IMG/VR virus record: IMGVR_UViG_3300010885_088079
DNA from: an uncultured virus (IMG/VR IMGVR_UViG_3300010885_088079)
Taxonomy: Duplodnaviria > Heunggongvirae > Uroviricota > Caudoviricetes
Direction: 5' to 3' (one strand)
DNA length: 64,000 nucleotides
Part shown: positions 57,377-64,000 of the stretch, in pieces
How positions within the stretch are numbered: the stretch's first letter is position 1
How the letters are laid out: every line of letters begins with the position of its first letter
Notes under the pieces: model-generated
Seen by the model: only the letters and a program-made list of their open reading frames with translations
The model's database searches: none
Told to the model about the DNA's origin: nothing
Translations under genes and position numbers: made by a program

Positions 57377-59643
57377 GCTTCTTTCTTAAAGTCTATTGGG
57401 CAAGCTCCACCATCACATCTTACATGATCTTGATCAACGTCCTCTTTAAGGGAGGATGTTATTGTTCTTATGACGTTTTCGTACTCTGCTTTAGTGACAG
57501 CCTCTTCAGGTAGATATTCATAACTGCTACGATCTTCTTGAGGCATCACAGAACAGCACTTAATTCTACTCTGATTTTCTTTAAGAGTTTCTGAAAATTG
57601 CTTGAAATCAACCTTGTTTGGGTTATATTTCAATGTATAGCTTATTTGGTTTCCTGTATCTTTTTCTAGGAGGTTACCTTTTTCATCTACACCTCTTATC
57701 CAATACTTTTCCCCTAGCATAAGCCATTTATACTGATCCTCTGGGCTGGCCTCAGAGGCAGTAACTAGTCTATCTTCCATTCCAAGCTCTGTTATTACTG
57801 GTGTGGTTGGGAACCCAACTATTACCGTGTTCTGGTAGCTAGTTAGCTCTCTTACCGGATAACCAGATTTTTCGTACTTCTTGACCAAGGGATCAGATTT
57901 GCTGAACTGAACCCATCTTAGATACCACCTCATAGAAGGAAGGTGCCAACCCTCAGTCAACCCAAACAACTTGCTTGTTGTACCAGCGGGTTTAATAGTT
58001 GTATCTGAGTGTGGAACTGTGACGCCTAATTTCTTTGAATAGGCTTTTGCCTCATCTTGGACAGCTCTTTTGAATCGTGACATTGTCATCCAAAAATCTT
58101 TAGACTTTTCTTCGTCTACAAGATCACTAAAACCAAGTTTAAAGAATTTCCATGCAAACTCATGGATGCCCGTAATACCAACTCCAATTCTGTTCGTTCT
58201 TTTTACTTCCTTTTTATAAACACTATCCATTGTGTTTACTCTAATTAATGCCCTAGTAACAGATCTGAAGGCTTCCTCTGCTTCGTCTAGAGTCTCTGCG
58301 TGATACGGCACAACGTCAGCGATTGTGCAGAACGCTCCCCATACTGCAATTGATATTTCGCCACACGGATTAGTTATCATGAAGTTCTGCTTTTTAACAG
58401 CCTTCTTTAACAGTCTGTTTATGTACAAATGTGTATCATCATTCAAAGAATACTTTTTGCTACCGATGAGACATTCTGTACTGATCAGTTTTTCTGTGCC
58501 GGACTTATCTTGATTTAGTTTGTCAACGTTGATAAACCCTGGCTCTCCTGTTCCGTCTCCATACGAAGCAGAAACAGCTAGCTTATAAACACTTCTTGCG
58601 TGTTTTGCGATTTCTGAATTATATTCATCTGAACCTTTTTTGACATTCAAGAGTCGCCAGAACTCTTGGTCAACAGTGATGCTATTGTTTGATGACCATA
58701 AGAAGCCCATGGGGCTCATGTTCTTTCTTATTTCTGTTATTTCTTCTACATTTTTTCCTGTAAATTCAATTGGTCTTTTTATTGTTATAAACTCTAGGAC
58801 GCTTTCATCTTCCCAGGTCTTTGTTGACATTCGAGCTGCTCTTCTTGCTCCTCCAACAAGAACACACTCTGCAAAATAGTGGTCAATATAGATGGTTTGC
58901 ATCCATCGCGGCAGTCCCGTGTTCTTCATGGTTGCTGCTTTGTTAAACGCGTTCATCAATGGCACAGGACCGCTTGCTGGCCTTTTTTGCATACCATTTA
59001 TCGGGGCACCCTTAGGCCTAATTGCTGAAAAATCTAAGATAAACAGCTTGTCTTTGTGTATCTTTTCGAAGGCGGCGTTTTCCCATATTTCTAACGCTTT
59101 GGCCCATCCTTCTCTTGTGTCGTCTACTAAGTGCCAAAGTACATCCTTCCCACTTCCGTACTTGTGCTTTGCATCTCTTACTGACTCATGTGCCGAAAAA
59201 TCAAAGTTGGGATGGTTCTCATCTAACACACAACGTAAAGCTGGTGCATTGTCCCAATCTACAAGCATCATGTCGTCATCGTAGCTTCTTCCTACGCCTG
59301 AGCCATTCATCAATAAATAAAATAGCATGAAGCTAGTGCTTGATGTCGAGCAATTAGTAAAAACCTCCATGTTCCTCTCAGCCTGTAATTCATCACCATG
59401 CTGGAGATGCCTACCGCTCATTAATGTCGTAGCATTTAGTAAATGCCTGTATAGAACCTCGTATTCTTTTTCTTGTTCTTCTTTGTCTTTGCAAAGCTTT
59501 GCATTTCCTAAAGCAACACGATGGGCAACATCATTCCATGTTTCCCACCTTCCATCTTCTTTTTTTCTTAGTATTGTTCTCTCGGCAACAGCTTGTCCCA
59601 TACCGGCATGAAAGGTTCTAGTCTTCTTATTCTGCTTTGACAT
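57373..59643 (-). CDS. nrdJ: Class II (B12-dependent) ribonucleotide reductase
   Basis: GRHL, FTNC, GSGVG, ASGP, VGGARRAA, EPG, TNPCGEI, TTIKPAGT, C-terminal CDGGACP; no beta subunit nearby. Confidence 0.85.
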   Translation of the reverse strand: MSKQNKKTRTFHAGMGQAVAERTILRKKEDGRWETWNDVAHRVALGNAKLCKDKEEQEKEYEVLYRHLLNATTLMSGRHLQHGDELQAERNMEVFTNCSTSSTSFMLFYLLMNGSGVGRSYDDDMMLVDWDNAPALRCVLDENHPNFDFSAHESVRDAKHKYGSGKDVLWHLVDDTREGWAKALEIWENAAFEKIHKDKLFILDFSAIRPKGAPINGMQKRPASGPVPLMNAFNKAATMKNTGLPRWMQTIYIDHYFAECVLVGGARRAARMSTKTWEDESVLEFITIKRPIEFTGKNVEEITEIRKNMSPMGFLWSSNNSITVDQEFWRLLNVKKGSDEYNSEIAKHARSVYKLAVSASYGDGTGEPGFINVDKLNQDKSGTEKLISTECLIGSKKYSLNDDTHLYINRLLKKAVKKQNFMITNPCGEISIAVWGAFCTIADVVPYHAETLDEAEEAFRSVTRALIRVNTMDSVYKKEVKRTNRIGVGITGIHEFAWKFFKLGFSDLVDEEKSKDFWMTMSRFKRAVQDEAKAYSKKLGVTVPHSDTTIKPAGTTSKLFGLTEGWHLPSMRWYLRWVQFSKSDPLVKKYEKSGYPVRELTSYQNTVIVGFPTTPVITELGMEDRLVTASEASPEDQYKWLMLGEKYWIRGVDEKGNLLEKDTGNQISYTLKYNPNKVDFKQFSETLKENQSRIKCCSVMPQEDRSSYEYLPEEAVTKAEYENVIRTITSSLKEDVDQDHVRCDGGACPIDFKKEA

Positions 59644-59694
59644 TTTTTCTCCTTGGTTCTTTAGATTTTATTTAAGGTTCACGCCGCTTTTTTT

Positions 59695-61728
59695 TCAAAA
59701 CTTTTTTGTAAATCCATTTTCATGTATTAATCTAAGCTTTGATTCTGTTTCGAGCATCTTGATGAGGTCCTGGTCGTGTGTGGTTACAAAAACCTGTTTA
59801 CTCTCAGCCAGTTCTTTTATCATTTTATAAATCCCGATAACTCCGCTTGGGTCCACATTTGTAGTAACTTCATCGAGGAAGATCAAGCTGGGGACAGAGT
59901 CGGAACTTAATTCTGTTATATAAGCAAACGAGTGTCCCACGGCCAGATTTAATCTTCTTCTTTGTCCAGTACTCATTGCATAATAGATATAAGGATCTCC
60001 ATCTGGAGGGTTCCTTTCTATTTTTTCTTGCAACTCATTGTCAAAGTTTAAAGTTATAACATTGTCAATTAAAAACTGCAACCAGTAATTTATTCTCTTG
60101 TTTAAATCTGGTATTATTCCCTCTATAATCCATTTTCTAATTCCTTGTTCTCCAAAACCTGATATCCAATAGTCGTAGTAGGGAATTTTTTCTTCTAATG
60201 ACTTTATCTTTTTCTTTTTTTCTTCAACTAGATTTTTAATTTTATCAAGTTCCTGCTTATCGTTCAGCAGTATTTCCTTAAAAGGCGAGTCTTCTTCCTT
60301 TTCATTTTTTTTAATTTGCTCAATGAGCTCTTCTATTTTTTGCTTTATAGCTATTTCGTTCTCGTTTGCACGGGGTTCCTTAATTTTTCCTAGCTCTAGA
60401 AACTCTCTTCTTAGTGTTTCTGATTTAGAGTCTAAAGAAGCTATTTTTTCCTCTACCTGTGCCTTCATTGTTTTTAGCTTTTCTTGCTTAATTTTTAGCT
60501 GTTTTGTTTCTTCCTCCATTCCCTTCAGAGTTGGAATTTCTTCCTTTATAACCCCGTCAATACGTGATATTTCTTTATCTAGTTCAAGAATATATTCATC
60601 AATATTCTTGATGTCCACAGTGCCTTTGCACTTTATGCACTTTTTCCCCGGCTCCTCTTTTTTAAGGTCGTCTATTTCTTTCTGAACCTTCTTTTTCTCC
60701 TCCATTTTATATTTTATTTCTCTTGACAAATCGTTAAACTTTTCTAAGAAGCTCTGGGCATATTCTCTCTGATCTTTTTCTTTTTGCTCAATTAATGAAA
60801 TTTTTTCTTGTAATTCTTTTTTCTGCTGACCAATCTTCGGTATTTCTTCGTTTACCTTTTGTATTTTTTCTTGTGCTTCTTGGTATAAGGTGAGAGCAGC
60901 CCCAACATCCGACTTCTTCTTCAGCTCTTCCTTTTTTTCCAGCAGTTTATTTTTTAGATCTTCAATTTCTTTTAGCCGTTGCGTGTTCCACTGGTCTTCT
61001 TTACTGGTTGTAAGCCGCAACCTCTTCTCAGAATCCTCCTGATTACTTAGAAGCATGGCAAATTCTTTTGTCTCAGAATCTATCTGCCCTTTAATTTCCT
61101 TCTTTGCTTCTTTAGAACTTTCAAACCATTCTCTGTATGAGCCCAGAGATAGGAGGTTTTCAACTATTTCTCTTTTTGTGTTCTTATCGCACTCTAAGAA
61201 GCACGATCTTTGGTCATCTGTAAAAATACAGATATTTATAAAGCTTTCATATGACAGGCCTACTATTTCATCTATTTTTTTCTGCGTGGTAGACATGCTC
61301 CCCAGTGTTATTTCTGTGGAGTCGTTCCAAACACCTTCTTCGCTCTCCCACAAACGCAAGCTATTTTTATTTTTCTTTCCGTTCTCGGCTCGTGTTCTAA
61401 CCACTCTGTATTTATCAAATTCGACTACGCACTTACAATCTTGACCAACTTTGTTGTGGATTACATCATCTATATTAATTTTTTCTGGTCTTTTTATAGT
61501 TTTACCATATATTGCATATACGATAATTTCTTGGATGCTGCTCTTCCCTGTGCCGTTGCTGTTAGACCTCATGTCCAACTCTGAGTATTGCTCAATAATC
61601 TTTGAGTCTTTGTTGATTCCCTCTACAAGAACTATGTTTCCATAGTCTTTAAAGTTGATTTCAACACCATCAGGACCAAACGGCAAGAAGTTCCATGCCG
61701 CTGCATACTTGAAACTAAGATTTCTCAT
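59695..61728 (-). CDS. SbcC/Rad50/gp46-like ATPase
   Basis: NGTGKSS, coiled coil with CIKC zinc hook, MSTGQ, IFLDE, VTTH. Confidence 0.92.
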   Translation of the reverse strand: MRNLSFKYAAAWNFLPFGPDGVEINFKDYGNIVLVEGINKDSKIIEQYSELDMRSNSNGTGKSSIQEIIVYAIYGKTIKRPEKINIDDVIHNKVGQDCKCVVEFDKYRVVRTRAENGKKNKNSLRLWESEEGVWNDSTEITLGSMSTTQKKIDEIVGLSYESFINICIFTDDQRSCFLECDKNTKREIVENLLSLGSYREWFESSKEAKKEIKGQIDSETKEFAMLLSNQEDSEKRLRLTTSKEDQWNTQRLKEIEDLKNKLLEKKEELKKKSDVGAALTLYQEAQEKIQKVNEEIPKIGQQKKELQEKISLIEQKEKDQREYAQSFLEKFNDLSREIKYKMEEKKKVQKEIDDLKKEEPGKKCIKCKGTVDIKNIDEYILELDKEISRIDGVIKEEIPTLKGMEEETKQLKIKQEKLKTMKAQVEEKIASLDSKSETLRREFLELGKIKEPRANENEIAIKQKIEELIEQIKKNEKEEDSPFKEILLNDKQELDKIKNLVEEKKKKIKSLEEKIPYYDYWISGFGEQGIRKWIIEGIIPDLNKRINYWLQFLIDNVITLNFDNELQEKIERNPPDGDPYIYYAMSTGQRRRLNLAVGHSFAYITELSSDSVPSLIFLDEVTTNVDPSGVIGIYKMIKELAESKQVFVTTHDQDLIKMLETESKLRLIHENGFTKKF

Positions 61729-61735
61729 GGCACCT

Positions 61736-62443
61736 TCAAACGCTTTTTTTGATTAGTTTTCTCAACGTCACAGTTTTGCCATCTATAAACTTAAGATATC
61801 CATCGTTTTTTCTGTCATGAAATAAAAACCCCTTACCTTCTAACAGAGGTTTTAGGCTTCCTGTTGGGTGTATTACCTTAGGCTTCTCTCCCTCTATCTC
61901 TAACTTTTTAGATTCTATTTGGGATAGACCTGTAAAATTCCAAGTATTACTGATATGTCTTATAAATTTTTCAAAATGATCAATTAAGCATTTAAATACT
62001 GCTGGAGAAGTGATGGGTTGCTTTGCGGTCTGCATGAAATTCATTATATCTTCTACAAAGGCCCATTGATAGTGGGGTCCGGCTATAAAACCCGGGTTTC
62101 CATTCTCGGTCAATAGTATTTTTTCATTTATTTCTTCAAATATTTTGTCTATGTTCTCTTCAAAGAATACGTCGGCGTCCCAATACACAAATTTGCCTTT
62201 GTTCTCTTTTGCGTACTTTGATACTTGTTTTATTGTTTCTATTCTTATGTCGTTAGCCTCTGACCCCGTTATTATTTTGGCCCCTTTTTCTAAGATTTTC
62301 TTCTTAGATAAGCCATGTAATCCACAATCAACTACTATAATTTCTCCTTGGTATTTTGCCACTTCTCTTAAGGTGTATATCCAAGAAGATCCAAAGTGGT
62401 CCCAATATTTTTCGTTGAGTCCAGTGAATACGTGATTACTCAT
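61736..62443 (-). CDS. GT-A-like protein
   Basis: VVDCGL, VYWDADVFF, NPGFIAG, WN, VIH. Confidence 0.6.
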   Translation of the reverse strand: MSNHVFTGLNEKYWDHFGSSWIYTLREVAKYQGEIIVVDCGLHGLSKKKILEKGAKIITGSEANDIRIETIKQVSKYAKENKGKFVYWDADVFFEENIDKIFEEINEKILLTENGNPGFIAGPHYQWAFVEDIMNFMQTAKQPITSPAVFKCLIDHFEKFIRHISNTWNFTGLSQIESKKLEIEGEKPKVIHPTGSLKPLLEGKGFLFHDRKNDGYLKFIDGKTVTLRKLIKKSV

Positions 62444-63495
62444 TTAGTTCCTCTGCATATTTCTTTGCCTATAGATATAAGAGCCTCTTTATCTAAATTC
62501 CCAAATCCTACTTCTTCAACATATTTTTCAAGCATTTCGTCCCCCTTTAATAGGATAGACTTTGCATTTTGTATTATATGTTGCTCTATTTCGTGCTTCT
62601 TCTGTTTTATTTCTAGGCTGAATGGTTTGCACTCTTGAAGTATTTCCTTCTTCAATGCAAGCAAGTCAGCAGATCCTGCTTCTTCTACTTTTATTTGTAC
62701 AAAGTTGTTGTTAAGCTCATAGTTTTTGCATTCTTTTAGGTCCAATATCAAATGCTTTGGAGAAAAATCATTCTCAATATATTGCAATTCATTTTTATCC
62801 CCATCAAATATTATTATGTGTTTTTTTTGAAATGCTTCCCCAAAACTTAGTTCTAATGGAGAGCCAACATATTCAACTTTTTTATTTACTTTCTGTTCTG
62901 CATGATAATGCCCCAGAAACGTACGTTTGTATCCATCGAATATTGATGGACTTATGGTTACCATTTCTCCATCATGCTCAACACTAACATCGGAGTATTG
63001 GTTATTGTGTAGAATTGCCCCGTCTATTGCTAAGTGCCCTAGAGAGTACTCTTCTTCTCCCTCTTTGCTCTTGAGCTTGTTGATTGATTCTATTGGGTTG
63101 TGCGTGAACGGTATAAAGTCCCAATTATGGTCCTCAATCTTTATCCTTTGAGGATCTTTTATCACCGTAACGCCCGGAAGAGCAGATAAGGGCAAAACAC
63201 TGCTAACATCAGTGTTGTCATTGAACCATATGTCATGGTTTCCCAAAAGTAGAAATAGCTCTATTCCTGATTGGTCTAATTCATCTCTTAATATTTCAAA
63301 AGTTTTTTGGTAGGTATATATTTCAATTTTTTGTCTATCATGAAAAAAGTCACCACCAAAAAGTATTGTCTTTATCTTTTCTTTTTTTGCTGTTTTAAAA
63401 ACCCATTGAAGAACTTTTAAACAGTCTTCGAGCCTTTCATTTTTCCTCTTATGGGGGAAAATATGAATATCTGAAAATATCAGGACTTTTCCCAC
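62440..63495 (-). CDS. SbcD/Mre11/gp47-like nuclease
   Basis: SDIH, GGDFFH, GNHD, GHYH, YVGSP...FGE. Confidence 0.92.
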   Translation of the reverse strand: MGKVLIFSDIHIFPHKRKNERLEDCLKVLQWVFKTAKKEKIKTILFGGDFFHDRQKIEIYTYQKTFEILRDELDQSGIELFLLLGNHDIWFNDNTDVSSVLPLSALPGVTVIKDPQRIKIEDHNWDFIPFTHNPIESINKLKSKEGEEEYSLGHLAIDGAILHNNQYSDVSVEHDGEMVTISPSIFDGYKRTFLGHYHAEQKVNKKVEYVGSPLELSFGEAFQKKHIIIFDGDKNELQYIENDFSPKHLILDLKECKNYELNNNFVQIKVEEAGSADLLALKKEILQECKPFSLEIKQKKHEIEQHIIQNAKSILLKGDEMLEKYVEEVGFGNLDKEALISIGKEICRGTK

Positions 63496-63545
63496 TTGAT
63501 GACTCCGTAAATGGAGCTTATATTATGCACAACTTTTATTTTAAA

Positions 63546-63881
63546 TCAAGTTCCAAGTACTTTTTCTAATACGTCCCAAACGTTATAGGCTTTAAGTTTC
63601 ATCGAAGGAGCATTTCCCGATGGGCTTCCTCCGCCTGCTCCGCCCATTGGATCTCCCATAGGGCCTCCTAAAGATGGTGGTGGACCTCCTCCACCTCCTC
63701 CCGGCATAGGTGCAGATATTCCTCCTGGTGGCCCTCCTGGTGCTCCTCCTGGTCCTGGTGGTGGCCCTCCTGGTGCTCCTCCTGGTCCTGGTGGTGGTCC
63801 TCCTGGCGGTCCTCCTGGTGGCGGTGGTGCATCAGCCTCCAGCAAGCTTTTAAATTCGATGTATTCCATGAAGCTTTTCAT
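63546..63881 (-). CDS. Pro/Gly-rich protein, CTS-like N-terminus
   Basis: Preferred start 63881 MKSFMEYIEFKSLLE, after CTAGATA; GGPPPGPGGAP repeated twice (33-bp unit). Confidence 0.65.
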   Translation of the reverse strand: MKSFMEYIEFKSLLEADAPPPPGGPPGGPPPGPGGAPGGPPPGPGGAPGGPPGGISAPMPGGGGGGPPPSLGGPMGDPMGGAGGGSPSGNAPSMKLKAYNVWDVLEKVLGT

Positions 63882-64000
63882 GATACTATCTAGTATTTTC
63901 ACCATTATTTATTCTATTTTTGTTCTGAATCCAATAGATACCTATGAAAAGAAAAGAGAGAGAAGAGACGGACACTCAAAAGAAACTAGCGGTTTTTTTG

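Noticed and set aside
1..64000. Alternative genetic code, introns/inteins, tRNAs, or cellular/eukaryotic-virus origin
   Set aside because: Conserved genes are full length and end at all three stop codons; no intein motifs in helicases, RecA or NrdJ; no cloverleaf seen in the short intergenic gaps; SD sequences, sigma70 promoters and gp32/UvsW/gp46-47 point to a bacteriophage.
63944..64000. ORF start MKRKEREERRTLKRTSGF at the right edge
   Set aside because: Too short within the window to call.

Overview
AT-rich, densely coding fragment of a large (jumbo-type) tailed dsDNA bacteriophage that reads cleanly in the standard genetic code. It carries a distantly T4-like replication/recombination set: gp32-like SSB, UvsX/RecA, UvsY-like, DnaB/gp41 helicase, UvsW, gp46/gp47 (SbcCD), a resolvase, a short family-A DNA polymerase, a sigma-like protein and a Hel308/Ski2-like helicase. 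Nucleotide-supply genes are thyX, dCMP deaminase, dNMP kinase, guaC and class II nrdJ. Accessory content includes a large glycan-building set (hldE, glf, about 8 glycosyltransferase-like ORFs, a sulfotransferase, methyltransferases, a CapK/PaaK-like ligase), two Cys-rich proteins with polyproline or Pro-Thr/PTET tracts, glutamate dehydrogenase, a lysine aminotransferase, an amidoligase and a class II GATase. The most notable observations are: (i) unrelated proteins sharing an N-terminus like the T4 capsid-targeting sequence, mostly behind a TA(A/T/G)ATA motif; (ii) a possible virion glycoprotein system; (iii) a DGQHR/ParB-like + AAA + peptidase-vWA operon closed by a truncated paralog of its first gene; (iv) an orphan IS200/IS605-type right-end element; (v) a LAGLIDADG protein lacking both catalytic aspartates. 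No tRNA, rRNA or CRISPR array was seen. All family calls come from motif recognition by eye; no searches were run.
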